Below are positions 30,346-40,211 of a stretch of DNA of 64,000 nt, one piece after another. The notes beneath the pieces were generated by a model that saw only the letters and a program-made list of their open reading frames with translations, was not told the origin of the DNA and searched no databases. Location: assembly GCA_963668315.1 (NCBI GenBank), contig OY764216.1, positions 4,384,001 to 4,448,000 of the forward strand, given 5' to 3'. Both the position numbers and the translations under genes were made by a program. This stretch comes from Spirochaetia bacterium. GTDB taxonomy: Bacteria; Spirochaetota; Spirochaetia; DSM-2461. Numbering within the stretch: position 1 is the stretch's first letter; the number at the start of each line of letters is the position of its first letter.

Positions 30346-30495
30346 ACATGGCTATGCCTTTTCCCTAAGATTCTCCCTGTTCGCGGGCCGTCATTAAAGA
30401 ACAGCCTCTTCAATAATCATAGGCCATGCATTTTTGAAAAGCAAACACAGGTATTCATAAATATTTTCCTGGGAGAATTTCCCTTTCCATACAAC

Positions 30496-30523
30496 AAAAA
30501 AGCCCCCACATATAGTGAGGGCT
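30496..30523 (-). terminator. Intrinsic terminator after the flavoprotein reductase
   Basis: Minus strand AGCCCUCAC-UAUAU-GUGGGGGCU followed by a U tract. Confidence 0.75.
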
Positions 30524-30551
30524 GTATAGAACAGCTGATGAAGACCGGAAA

Positions 30552-32459
30552 TTACTTGAGATTCAGAACTTCTTCAGCGCTGTAGGCACCGCCGAGGCGG
30601 CCGGAAGTAAAGGAGTACCCTATGCCAACACCGTTGCCCACATAGGTATCGTTAAACAGAACGCCTTCCGATTCCAGACCGACGGCGTACAGTCCCTTAA
30701 TGGGAATGCGGTTGTCATCAAGAACCTGAAATTCCGTATTAACCAGCAAGCCGCCTACAGAGCCGAGGTTATTGATCTCGGCCTTGACGGCATAGTAAGG
30801 TCCGCTTTCTCCCATGGGCTCAAGAAATGCGCCGGCCTTGCCGAATTCGCTATCCACACCGGATGCGATGGCTTCTACGTATTTTCTGAAATTCTTAACG
30901 AAAATATCTCTGTCCATACCGGCGTTTTCGGCCAGCTCTTCAATGGTATCGCCCCGGTAACCGTCTCCGTTCGCAACCATGGCATCGAAGATGGTATCGA
31001 TATTAACCCAGGGATTGTCCAGGGTGAACTGATCCCTGAAATCGGCATAAAACTCCGGAGGCATACCGGGAAGTTTCGGTGCATGAATTCCTGCCATTCC
31101 GGAAGCTTTAAGAGCATCCATCTGGGCCTTTGAGATGATAACATAGTGAAAAGGACCGTTGAAGGCGCTGGTATTAGCGGCCGCCACGGAAGTAAGAGTG
31201 GCCGTCTCATCGCGGAAACGGGCGCCGTCGGGTCCCACGTTCATAAAGTTGGGAAGATAACTGATCATCAAGGGATAGCAGGCCTGAAAAGGTTCATACC
31301 GGGCCCTCAGCTTTTTCGTGGCCCGCGCCAGCGTCTGGTGAAGCATCTGCCCCCCGAAGTTATCGGGGACTTTGGCTCCGGCGGCCCAGGCCATCTCGAG
31401 TCCTTCGCCCACGTTCTGGCCTAATCCGCCGTTGACCCCTTCGAATCCGAATGCTTCCCGGACCATATCGGCATTGGCCGCATACCCGCCGGTGGCGATA
31501 ATGACAGCCGAAGCGCTGATCTCGAGCCGGGTGCCGTCCTCACTGAACGCGACGCCTCCGGTTACATTTCCCTCCGAATCGGTTATCAGTTCCTTTCCCG
31601 TGGTATTGGTTAACACCATACCGCCGTTGGATTCCACCGAATCTTTAAGCATGTTTCTCAGAAGTCCTTCCCGGGTATCGTAGGCAGGGAGCATATGAAG
31701 CTGTTCCCCGAAGAAATTCAGGAAGATGGTTCCGTATCCCTTTTCGCGCAGCCAGTCATAGGTATCCTTGGACTTCACGACATACTGGCGAACGGCCGCC
31801 GCGTTCACCCGCCAGTGGTTATTCTCGATCCAGTCGGAAATGGTCTTTTCCTCGTCCACTTCCAGCCCTTTCTCCAGGGCAACCGAAGAGTTGAAGAATT
31901 TTCCCGCCCAGGAAAGATTGCTGGCCCCTCCGATGGTGCCGGTCTTCTCTATAATGATGACTCGGGCGCCTAGATCGGCGGCTGCCACGGCGGCGGAAAC
32001 GCCGGATGCGCCCGCGCCGATAACCAGGATATCCGCCTCGTACTTCTCTGTCCTGACAGGCTTATCCTCACTGACCGCCCTCTGAAAATCCCTCGGATCG
32101 GCCCCTGCCTGCTCAATGGCGGAAGCCACCGCATCGAGCATGGCGTTACTGGAAATAGTAGCGCCCGATACGGTATCCACCGCGAGAGTCTGGGCTCCGA
32201 TGATCCTTTGCTTCATCGTCTCAAGGGCTTTCTGTCCTATTCCTTCGGTCTCGCTCTGCTTGATAACTTCAATGTTCGTAATTTTGTGCTTATTGAAAGT
32301 AACGGCGAAATCCACCACTCCTTCCCGTCCCTCCCCCTGGGCCGTATATGTCCCGGGAGTGAATTCCACCCCGTCTCCCCCGCAGCTGTTCAATAACAGA
32401 GCCGCAAAAGAGAGAGCCGCGGTAAAAAGTATGATTTTTCCGATATATCCTCTTCTCAT
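30552..32459 (-). CDS. Exported flavocytochrome-c-family reductase lipoprotein (FMN_bind + FAD_binding_2)
   Basis: Lipobox LNS-C; flavinylation motif VDTVSGATISS; GAGASG, IATGGY, IKGLYAVG, TSGRLGG. Confidence 0.87.
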   Translation of the reverse strand: MRRGYIGKIILFTAALSFAALLLNSCGGDGVEFTPGTYTAQGEGREGVVDFAVTFNKHKITNIEVIKQSETEGIGQKALETMKQRIIGAQTLAVDTVSGATISSNAMLDAVASAIEQAGADPRDFQRAVSEDKPVRTEKYEADILVIGAGASGVSAAVAAADLGARVIIIEKTGTIGGASNLSWAGKFFNSSVALEKGLEVDEEKTISDWIENNHWRVNAAAVRQYVVKSKDTYDWLREKGYGTIFLNFFGEQLHMLPAYDTREGLLRNMLKDSVESNGGMVLTNTTGKELITDSEGNVTGGVAFSEDGTRLEISASAVIIATGGYAANADMVREAFGFEGVNGGLGQNVGEGLEMAWAAGAKVPDNFGGQMLHQTLARATKKLRARYEPFQACYPLMISYLPNFMNVGPDGARFRDETATLTSVAAANTSAFNGPFHYVIISKAQMDALKASGMAGIHAPKLPGMPPEFYADFRDQFTLDNPWVNIDTIFDAMVANGDGYRGDTIEELAENAGMDRDIFVKNFRKYVEAIASGVDSEFGKAGAFLEPMGESGPYYAVKAEINNLGSVGGLLVNTEFQVLDDNRIPIKGLYAVGLESEGVLFNDTYVGNGVGIGYSFTSGRLGGAYSAEEVLNLK

Positions 32460-32499
32460 CGTAACTTTTCCTCCTGATGTGATTCAGTCTATGGAGGGT

Positions 32500-32530
32500 A
32501 TGCTAAACCTTTGTCCTGGACTAAGGTCAA
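32500..32530 (-). promoter_or_regulatory. MerR-type promoter/operator
   Basis: TTGACC, 19-bp spacer, TAGCAT. Dyad ACCTTTGTCC-T-GGACTAAGGT at 32507-32527. Confidence 0.8.
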
Positions 32531-32563
32531 GGATTCGATAAAAAAAAATCGATAAATAATAAT

Positions 32564-33382
32564 TCAAGTTGCTTCCACGGGCAGAACGGCCTCGATAAAA
32601 GTTCTGTATTTTCCCGTGATTTCCCTTTCCGAAAGAAGAAGTCTCCCGTGTATATCGCCTGCCGGCCGGTATTTATGAGCATAGGCATAGTCCAGAAGGG
32701 GCATCAGCTTTTCCTTGAGCAAAGGCTCCTCATTATTCGTCGTAATGACTCCGGCGACGCATTGGCAGGGAGGAAGGAACTCAATCTCCCCGGTGGCCTC
32801 CAGACCGTAGTAGAGAAAATCCTCTTCCCGGAGAGCCAGCCCCCAGTTATGCTCCATATCCACCCGATTCAGATCTATCTCCGCGAGAGGAATATGCAGG
32901 GAAAAGAAAGAATGGGGCAGAAGCTCCATCCATCGGCTTACCGTCTTCCTCAAATCATCCTCTACGAGAAGGTCATTGCCCCGGGTCTGCTGGATTCGGT
33001 AGATACCCGGCTTCTCCGTAAGAAAGCAGCGGTCCAGGGAAGCGTCAAGGCCTTCGAAATCCCGGGATATCTCCTCCAGCCTGACCAGCAGCCTTCTGTT
33101 CTCCTCGATCTCCCTTTCCAGATCACGCCTCTTTCTCTCTACGGATGAACGGATATCCGCCACTGTCGAATCGGTGGTTAACTGCGTCGCCTGCTTCAAT
33201 GGAAGATCCAGGCTGCGGTACCAGCGGCTCATGAGAATATTACGGCAGTCCAAATCGGTATAATAACGGTAATTATTGATCACATCCTTACGGGGAGAGA
33301 CAATGCCCCGCTTCTCATAAACCCTAAGAGTATCGGTTGTCACCCCCAGAATCTTGGCGAATTCGCCGATTGTATATTTCAT
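32564..33382 (-). CDS. MerR family regulator with GyrI-like effector domain
   Basis: MKYTIGEFAKILGVTTDTLRVYEKRG..NNYRYY; coiled coil; C-terminal ligand domain. Confidence 0.9.
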   Translation of the reverse strand: MKYTIGEFAKILGVTTDTLRVYEKRGIVSPRKDVINNYRYYTDLDCRNILMSRWYRSLDLPLKQATQLTTDSTVADIRSSVERKRRDLEREIEENRRLLVRLEEISRDFEGLDASLDRCFLTEKPGIYRIQQTRGNDLLVEDDLRKTVSRWMELLPHSFFSLHIPLAEIDLNRVDMEHNWGLALREEDFLYYGLEATGEIEFLPPCQCVAGVITTNNEEPLLKEKLMPLLDYAYAHKYRPAGDIHGRLLLSEREITGKYRTFIEAVLPVEAT

Positions 33383-33472
33383 CGCTGATCTATCCTCTCC
33401 CACCCTCAATTTTGCAATCTCCGGCCAATAACATTATAATACTTAAATAAAGAAAAAACGGGAGTCATTTAT

Positions 33473-35626
33473 ATGAGTAATATTGCCGATTATTCGGGTG
33501 AACCGAATAAAGATTCTCGCGATGTGAGGAAAATCAGCAGAAGGCACAGTCTCAGGCGCAAACTGGCCATACCTATGCTGATTCAGATCGTGGCGGCCCT
33601 TGTGTTCGCCCTGGTCGCTGCGGGCTCCATTATGAAATCACGGGAGATGGCCGGCCATTCAGCCAGTCTTCCCGGAATAGAAGAGTCGGTCGAATCGGTG
33701 CGCTACTATTTCAATGAATACTCCGGGAAGAAAATTCAGGATCCCGTCCTTTTCAAAAAGCTGACGGACAGCATAGCCGATCTGACGGAAAAACTATCCG
33801 AGGAAACCTATACCTCCGGCTGGGCCGAGAGCATAACCGCGATCGGGGAAACCGTAGGGCAGATGGAAACTCTCAAAGAGACGAATCAGCATGATATCGC
33901 CAGGATTATCCGCCTGACGGAGAACGCCATCAATCCCGCCGCCGATTATCTGCAGAACATTGTTGCACTCCTTAGCGATCCCAGGACCTCCGGCGATGTG
34001 GGAACCATGGAACGGCAGGTAATCCTGGGGGCGAACTCCTCCATTGCACTCAGCCTCTCCATCCAGGCGAAATTGTACCATATTTCCTATGATCCCATGG
34101 CCAGGCAGGCACTTCTTAAAATAGTTGAAGACGCCCTGGAAAATACAAAAAAGGACATTGAACAGCTCAGAGGAACAGCCTTTGCCGGCCTTCCCGAATC
34201 CAATTACGCCATCCTGGAAGAAATCAGGGAACTCGCAGATAAATACATAAAGAACCTGAATGAGTTTGACCGGCTCCTGGGGCAGACGGAAGAGGAAATA
34301 GCCCGCCTGTCGGAAGCGCTGGCCTCCATAGGAGCGGATCTTCAGCAAGCCACCTACTCCACGACATTTATCTCCCTGCTGCTCTTAACGATCGTCTCTT
34401 TCTTTACCACCCTTCTGGGAGTAACCATAAACGGTTCGGTCCGGAAGTCCGTAACAAGAACGGCGACGGAAGTGGCCGAAGCGGTGGAACAGGCCGCCCG
34501 CGAACGGGATACGACGATACGGGTGCCGGTGAACAGCCGGGACGAACTGGGTCGGATATCCCATGATATCAATGATATGTTCTCCGCCTTTCAGGATGCC
34601 ATAGAACAGATCTCCCGGGAGAATGCCGATCTGAGCAAGGATACCGAGTCCCTGGCGACAAACAGTCAGGAATCGGCTGCGGCGGCTACCCAGATCGCGG
34701 CGAACATGAATTCCATCCGCGACCGGATCAAACAGCAGGCCCAGGCTATCGCCGATGTTCAGGAGGCCATGAACGCCATAGTGGAAGGAATTGACCGGGT
34801 CCATGATTCCGTCAGCGACCAGTCGCTCAGTGTGTCCAAAAACTCCGCGGCGGTGGAGGAAATGGTCGCCAATATCTCTTCCGTGGCGCGAATACTGCAG
34901 AAGAATACGGCCCTTGTGCAGGATCTCCTGAAAGCGGCCGGAGTGGGCAGTTCCTCCATGGAAGCGGTCTTTGAGAAAATGAATACCATCACCGCCGATT
35001 CGGCGGGCCTCCATGAAGCCACGGACGTGATCCTCTCCGTAGCCTCCCGGACAAATCTGCTGGCCATGAATGCCGCCATAGAAGCGGCCCATGCGGGGGA
35101 AGCGGGACGGGGTTTCGCCGTTGTGGCGGAAGAGATCCGTAAACTGGCGGAAAGCTCGGGCAGCCAGGGCCAGAAGATTTCCGGCGTACTGAATCAGCTT
35201 AAGGATTCCATAGAAATGGTGAATACCGAATCCCGGGAGGCGACGGACCGCTTCAGGAATGTGCTGGAACTGACACGCCAGCTTGATGAGTACGAGGGAA
35301 ATATCAAAAACGCCATGGATGAACAGTCGGTGGGGGGAAAGCAGATGCTTGAGGCAACCCAGGAAATCTCCGATACCACGGTGAAAGTCAAAGGGGTGAC
35401 CGAAAACATGCTGGAACAGAGCCGGAAAGTGGGAAAGCGGGCGGAGGCCCTCTCGACCCTTTCCCGGGAGATCGAGGGAGCCGTCCAGGAAGTGGCCTCG
35501 GGAACGGAAGAGATCAGCATCTCAGTGAATCAGGTAAACGATCTGGTGGACAGTACGCACAGGAGAGCCGAAAGAGTGGCCACCGCCACCTCGGTCTTCA
35601 GGATTTCCGGGAAGGATGCGCAGTAA
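33473..35626 (+). CDS. Methyl-accepting chemotaxis protein
   Basis: Two TMs, HAMP (RDELGRIS), [34 protein letters not shown]. Confidence 0.95.
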   Translation: MSNIADYSGEPNKDSRDVRKISRRHSLRRKLAIPMLIQIVAALVFALVAAGSIMKSREMAGHSASLPGIEESVESVRYYFNEYSGKKIQDPVLFKKLTDSIADLTEKLSEETYTSGWAESITAIGETVGQMETLKETNQHDIARIIRLTENAINPAADYLQNIVALLSDPRTSGDVGTMERQVILGANSSIALSLSIQAKLYHISYDPMARQALLKIVEDALENTKKDIEQLRGTAFAGLPESNYAILEEIRELADKYIKNLNEFDRLLGQTEEEIARLSEALASIGADLQQATYSTTFISLLLLTIVSFFTTLLGVTINGSVRKSVTRTATEVAEAVEQAARERDTTIRVPVNSRDELGRISHDINDMFSAFQDAIEQISRENADLSKDTESLATNSQESAAAATQIAANMNSIRDRIKQQAQAIADVQEAMNAIVEGIDRVHDSVSDQSLSVSKNSAAVEEMVANISSVARILQKNTALVQDLLKAAGVGSSSMEAVFEKMNTITADSAGLHEATDVILSVASRTNLLAMNAAIEAAHAGEAGRGFAVVAEEIRKLAESSGSQGQKISGVLNQLKDSIEMVNTESREATDRFRNVLELTRQLDEYEGNIKNAMDEQSVGGKQMLEATQEISDTTVKVKGVTENMLEQSRKVGKRAEALSTLSREIEGAVQEVASGTEEISISVNQVNDLVDSTHRRAERVATATSVFRISGKDAQ

Positions 35627-35627
35627 C

Positions 35628-35654
35628 CCGCCCTCCCTTTCAAAGGGAGAGCGG
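35628..35654. terminator. Hairpin between convergent genes
   Basis: CCGC-C-CTCCCTTT-C-AAAGGGAG-A-GCGG. Confidence 0.55.
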
Positions 35655-35662
35655 ATTCCCGG

Positions 35663-36514
35663 CTAGACCAGAGAACGGATAGTTTCCTCGAGAGACCGGG
35701 GTTCACGGCCCAGGAGATGTGCCAGGTCACCGCTTTCAATATCCAGTGTCCCTTCGGCTATGGACTGATCCAGGGCCGTATAGAATCCGGCTGTTCCCTC
35801 ATCCATTCCCGCTGCAACGAGTCCCGCCGTACGCTCTTCGGGGCTGACGATTTTATGCACCACCGTTCTGGAGAATACCGCCGACGCCGCCGACGCCAGA
35901 TCATCATAGCCCCAGGGAGTTCCTGCCAGTTCATAGGTTTTACCGCTGTGGCCGTCACCGGTCAGGACAACGGCGGCCGCTTCGGCGTACTCCTTCCTTG
36001 AAGCGGATGCGACCCGGCCCGTCCCGGTGGCCGTGGCGATAACTCCCGACTGCCCGGCGTACTCCACATCGGCCACGTAATTCTCCGTGTACCAGTTATT
36101 CCGGAGGATCACAAAATCGATCCCCGCCTTTCTGAGGTATTCCTCGGTCTGCTTATGCTCCGGAGCGAGAATATTGGAAGAACTTTCCGCTCTGGTTATG
36201 CTGGTATAGATGACTTGTTTCACCCCGGCGGCACCGGCGGCATCGATGACATTTTTATGCTGGTCAAAGCGTTTACCCACTTCCGAACCGGAAACAAGCA
36301 GAACTTTGTCTACTCCTTCAAATGCCCGTTCAAGGGCATCCCTGTCTTCATAACCGGCGATTTTCACATCTACCCCTCTCTCTTTGAGGGAAGCCGCCTT
36401 CTCTTCATTCCTCGCTATCCCTCTGACAGACGAAGGGGATACACCCTTCTTAAGCAGAGATTCTATCAGGGCCGAGCCAAAATTACCGGTTGAACCTGTT
36501 ACGGCATATTTCAT
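35663..36514 (-). CDS. qorB: NAD(P)H:quinone oxidoreductase, QorB/YtfG (NmrA-like SDR)
   Basis: VTGSTGNFG, GSEVGKRFDQH, LRNNWYTEN. Confidence 0.8.
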   Translation of the reverse strand: MKYAVTGSTGNFGSALIESLLKKGVSPSSVRGIARNEEKAASLKERGVDVKIAGYEDRDALERAFEGVDKVLLVSGSEVGKRFDQHKNVIDAAGAAGVKQVIYTSITRAESSSNILAPEHKQTEEYLRKAGIDFVILRNNWYTENYVADVEYAGQSGVIATATGTGRVASASRKEYAEAAAVVLTGDGHSGKTYELAGTPWGYDDLASAASAVFSRTVVHKIVSPEERTAGLVAAGMDEGTAGFYTALDQSIAEGTLDIESGDLAHLLGREPRSLEETIRSLV

Positions 36515-36534
36515 TTTATACTCCTTGAATTATT

Positions 36535-36568
36535 ACTTACTATAATATAGTACTTATTTATAGTAAGT
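36535..36568. promoter_or_regulatory. Inverted repeat, putative HxlR/QorR operator
   Basis: ACTTACTATAA (36535-36545) and TTATAGTAAGT (36558-36568), between the divergent genes. Confidence 0.65.
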
Positions 36569-36610
36569 GACAAGCTCTTTTTTTTATGATATGCTGAAAT
36601 AAGGAAAAAA

Positions 36611-36955
36611 ATGATGGATATGAAACTGGATTATGATGTTTTCGCCTCCAACTGTCCCTCCCGGGAGGCTTTCGATAATATATTTGGAAAATGGGGAATG
36701 CTGATTATCGCTTCCCTGAAAGAGAGTCCCGCCCGATTCGGCGAACTCTCAAGGAAGGTGGAAGGAATCAGCGAAAGAATGCTCTCCAAAAACCTGAAGG
36801 CCCTGGAAAAGGAAGGACTGGTCAACAGGAAGGATTACGGAGAAAAGCCCCCCCGGATTGAATACAGCCTGACAGAAGCGGGCATTAAAATCGGAGAAGC
36901 TGTTCAAGAGGTAATCTCCCGGCTCTACGAAGCCCTGGAGTCGGTGGAAGATTAA
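36611..36955 (+). CDS. HxlR/QorR (YtfH-like) redox-sensing regulator
   Basis: NCPSR, GKWG, RFGEL, ISERML, PPRIEYSLT. Confidence 0.9.
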   Translation: MMDMKLDYDVFASNCPSREAFDNIFGKWGMLIIASLKESPARFGELSRKVEGISERMLSKNLKALEKEGLVNRKDYGEKPPRIEYSLTEAGIKIGEAVQEVISRLYEALESVED

Positions 36956-37854
36956 AAGTGGCCGTGGAAATCCTTTACTGAGGTAAAGCCGTTCTCCTCC
37001 ATATAAGAGACGATTCCCTCCAGAACCAGCAGAGGCGTCTGTGGTTCCACAAAGAGTGCCGTGCCCACCTGAACGGCGGAAGCTCCGGCCAGCAGGTACT
37101 GAACCGCATGGTCGGCTGTGAAGATTCCTCCCAGTCCGATGACGGGGATGGAGACGCACTGAGCGATTCGGTAAACGCTGGCCACTCCCACCGGTCTGAC
37201 GGCGGCTCCGGAGAGTCCGGCGGTACCTGCGGGTATAACCGGTTTGCGAGCCCTTGTGTCGACAACCATTCCCTTGAGGGTATTGATGGCCGAAACAGCA
37301 TCGGCGCCGCCCGCTTCGGCAGCTTTGGCTATCTCTCCTATATCGGTGACATTGGGAGTAAGCTTCATGATTAAGGGCTTGTCCGTCAGGGAGCGCAGCT
37401 TGCCGGTCAGCCGTTCCACCTGGACGGGATCGGTACCGAAAGCCAGCCCGCCCGCCTTGACATTGGGACAGGAAATATTGATTTCGTAACCCCAGTGGCA
37501 GTCCAGCTCTTCGCATTTGCCCACCAGATGCAGATAATCGTCCTCTTTCTTACCGCCGATATTCAGCACGGCGGGACAGGGCATGGCCTTTAAAAAGGGG
37601 GCTTTCTCCTCCCTGAAACGCTCCCACCCCGGGTTGGCAAGACCGATGGAGTTGAGCATACCCGAAGGAGTCTCCACCATACGGGGAGTATCGTTTCCCG
37701 GCCTGGGCTCCAGCGTCAGGGCCTTGGCATAGACGGCGCCCAGCCGTGAAAGATCCACAAGCCGGCCATACTCCTCGCCGAAGCCGAAAGTGCCCGAAGC
37801 CACACCCACCGGGTTTGGCAGTAGGGAGGAGCCGATTGTTACGGTTAAGTCCAT
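36952..37854 (-). CDS. pyrD: Dihydroorotate dehydrogenase 1B catalytic subunit
   Basis: ASGTFG, NSIGLANPG, NISCPNV, KLTPNV, INT. Confidence 0.95.
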   Translation of the reverse strand: MDLTVTIGSSLLPNPVGVASGTFGFGEEYGRLVDLSRLGAVYAKALTLEPRPGNDTPRMVETPSGMLNSIGLANPGWERFREEKAPFLKAMPCPAVLNIGGKKEDDYLHLVGKCEELDCHWGYEINISCPNVKAGGLAFGTDPVQVERLTGKLRSLTDKPLIMKLTPNVTDIGEIAKAAEAGGADAVSAINTLKGMVVDTRARKPVIPAGTAGLSGAAVRPVGVASVYRIAQCVSIPVIGLGGIFTADHAVQYLLAGASAVQVGTALFVEPQTPLLVLEGIVSYMEENGFTSVKDFHGHF

Positions 37855-38609
37855 TTTAATATCCTCGAATCAAAAACCGGGCCGTCCTGACAAACCCTTA
37901 AGAATTTCTGGGGTAGCACCACCGGAATGGCGCATCCCTGGCAGGCTCCGATACCGCAGGCCATGACTTCCTCAACGGAAACGGCGCAGGGACTTTCCGT
38001 TTCCAGGGCCAGTTCATGGAGACCTTTAAGCATGGGTTTGGGCCCGCAGCCGTAGAAATGACTGTTGATCAGATCGTCCCGGCTTCTCAGGTACTCTATC
38101 ACATTACCGGAAAAACCGGTCGAACCGTCGTCGGTACAGATGACCGTTTCACACCCGGCGGGCAGATGCACCCGGGGAACAAAAAACTTGTCCCGGAACC
38201 CCAGGACGAGCAGGGGTCTCAAACCGGCCCGTGCCAGGGTATCGGCGAGAAAAAGCACCGGCCCCGTTCCTATTCCTCCCCCCGCGATAACGGGACGCCT
38301 TCCCTCTGCGGGCAGGGGAAAGGTTCCCCCCAGGGGCCCCAGAATATCCATATGGTCGCCGGTTCGCAGCCGGGTCATCAAGGTTGTGGCCGGACCGCGT
38401 TTCTGAAAGATAAGGGACGCCCTCCTTTCGGAGGGATCATAGGCCGATAGAGCAAAAGGCCTTCTGAGAAGGGGATTCTCCCCGTCCCAGCAGCGCAGGG
38501 TGAGGAACTGACCCGGCTCGGGTACGGGTCCCTTCCAGGTAAAGACCAGCTCATAATAATCCCGGGCCGATTCGCGGCAGCTAATGACCTCTGAATGAAA
38601 CTGTTCCAT
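37845..38609 (-). CDS. pyrK: Dihydroorotate dehydrogenase electron transfer subunit
   Basis: PGQF, RRPF, GGGIG, CGPKPM, MACGIGACQGC, VCQDGPVF. Confidence 0.93.
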   Translation of the reverse strand: MEQFHSEVISCRESARDYYELVFTWKGPVPEPGQFLTLRCWDGENPLLRRPFALSAYDPSERRASLIFQKRGPATTLMTRLRTGDHMDILGPLGGTFPLPAEGRRPVIAGGGIGTGPVLFLADTLARAGLRPLLVLGFRDKFFVPRVHLPAGCETVICTDDGSTGFSGNVIEYLRSRDDLINSHFYGCGPKPMLKGLHELALETESPCAVSVEEVMACGIGACQGCAIPVVLPQKFLRVCQDGPVFDSRILKWT

Positions 38610-38612
38610 GAA

Positions 38613-39050
38613 TCAGCCGCTGATGACTCTCTTCCAGTCGTCCTGGGAGAGATTCTGCTTTTCGCGGATATCACCGACAAAAGTCATCAGATGACTGAGC
38701 TTCTGAGTGGTTTCCTGGCTGATGGCATGCTCGATTTTACAGGCTTCATCATCGGCCTGATCACCGCTTAACAGCAAAACGTCCTGGAGGAAGCTTTTAA
38801 GAAGCATATGACGGCCAGTTATCTTCTCGGCCTTTTCCAGGCCCTCCGCCGTCAGGTTGATATAGGAATTTTTCTCATAAACGACCAATCCCTTATCACG
38901 CAGATTCCGCAAAGCTCCCGTGACCGAAGGCATCTGAACATTCAAATGGGCAGCAATATCCTTAACCCGGGCGACCCGGTGTTTCTTCTCCAGTATGAAA
39001 ATAGCTTCCAGATAATCTTCAAGACTGGACGTAAGCTTGTTCTTCTTCAT
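38613..39050 (-). CDS. DtxR/MntR family metal-dependent regulator
   Basis: SLEDYLEAI, ARVKDIA, PSVT, ACKIEH. Start moved to MKKNK. Confidence 0.92.
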   Translation of the reverse strand: MKKNKLTSSLEDYLEAIFILEKKHRVARVKDIAAHLNVQMPSVTGALRNLRDKGLVVYEKNSYINLTAEGLEKAEKITGRHMLLKSFLQDVLLLSGDQADDEACKIEHAISQETTQKLSHLMTFVGDIREKQNLSQDDWKRVISG

Positions 39051-39194
39051 ATTTTTTATATTATCAGAACAATATATAAATAGCAATCACTAACTTTGCC
39101 AAGGGAGAATGGGACGCGGCCCTGAAAGATACGCCATGATCTTAATTGCATTTCCCCCTTCCCTGAACTACTCTTTGTTATAGAGGTATCCAAG

Positions 39195-39719
39195 ATGAAA
39201 TTCAGGTATTTGTTTTTTATTCTTCTTTTAGCAAGGATCACCCTTTTTGCAGAAGAGAGGGGGGTAACCATGATTTCCCCGGAGCCGGATAATTTTCCCT
39301 ACGCCGAGAGAGCGGCGGACCCCGCTCTTACGGCAAAGCCCCTCTCCTCCGATGAACTCCTCCTCCGCATCCGTCTTAACAGGCTCCACAAAATTGCCGG
39401 CTATTCAACCCTGGCCGCGGGTTTGCTTACAGGCCTGACGGCTCCCCTGGGGGACGACGGCTTTATCCACCCGTCTCTGGGAGTAACCACGGCTTCCCTG
39501 AGCGCCGTAACCCTGGGACTGGGCTACGCCGCCCACAGGGGGGAAGGGAAAAGCGGGATCATGTCCCCGGCGGATAAGATCCACGCCCTGCTGGGAATCG
39601 CAGGCGGTGCGATGATGGTTGCCGCCCCCTTTGCGGCGCCCTCCGACTCCCATGTCATTCTGGGTGGAACGGGGCTGGCCTTTATGGGAATTGCCGTGGG
39701 ATGGGAACTCGTCTATTAA
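39195..39719 (+). CDS. Membrane protein with signal peptide and four His-bearing hydrophobic helices
   Basis: RLHKIAG, FIHPSLG, KIHALLG, DSHVILG. Confidence 0.65.
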   Translation: MKFRYLFFILLLARITLFAEERGVTMISPEPDNFPYAERAADPALTAKPLSSDELLLRIRLNRLHKIAGYSTLAAGLLTGLTAPLGDDGFIHPSLGVTTASLSAVTLGLGYAAHRGEGKSGIMSPADKIHALLGIAGGAMMVAAPFAAPSDSHVILGGTGLAFMGIAVGWELVY

Positions 39720-39735
39720 GGAAAAGGAGAACATC

Positions 39736-40197
39736 GTGAATAAAAAAATCTATGGGGTCCTGATCCTGGCCCTGTTTGCTTCTTCCCTTTTCGGGGAAAC
39801 AAAAACAATAGCTCTCGTCTACGAGAAAGCCACCGGCGTCAATCGCCACGCCCTGCAGTTCATCCTCGAAAACAAGCGCAGCCTGGGGGATGTCAGTTTT
39901 CTTCCCATCGACCTCTCTCAGGATACGTCTCCGGCGGATGCGGACCTGTACATCCTTCTGAATACGGGCGTCTCATCGGGCACCGACCCTCAGCTCGCCC
40001 GTTTCAGAGAGGCAATTTCAGGTGAGAAGAGAGTGGTTCAGCTTAATTTTTACCGGGACAGAGAGGTAGCTGACGTGATAAATGAACCGGCAGAGGGGGG
40101 AGTTGACGTTATAACGGCCGCATCCGCCTGGGGCGGCCGCAAAGCACGTAACATGCATAACCAGTGGATCCTGATACTGAGCGGGATTCTGAACTGA
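39736..40197 (+). CDS. Exported flavodoxin-like protein with C-terminal VDVITAAS motif
   Basis: GTG start after AAGGAG; signal peptide; alternating beta/alpha pattern (TIALVY, ADLYILL, RVVQL). Confidence 0.6.
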   Translation: MNKKIYGVLILALFASSLFGETKTIALVYEKATGVNRHALQFILENKRSLGDVSFLPIDLSQDTSPADADLYILLNTGVSSGTDPQLARFREAISGEKRVVQLNFYRDREVADVINEPAEGGVDVITAASAWGGRKARNMHNQWILILSGILN

Positions 40198-40211
40198 CGA
40201 CATAAGGAGAA

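Noticed and set aside
30552..32459. Calling the flavoprotein urocanate reductase (urdA) because hut genes are in the window
   Set aside because: The hut genes are 30 kb away and substrate-determining residues cannot be confirmed by eye.
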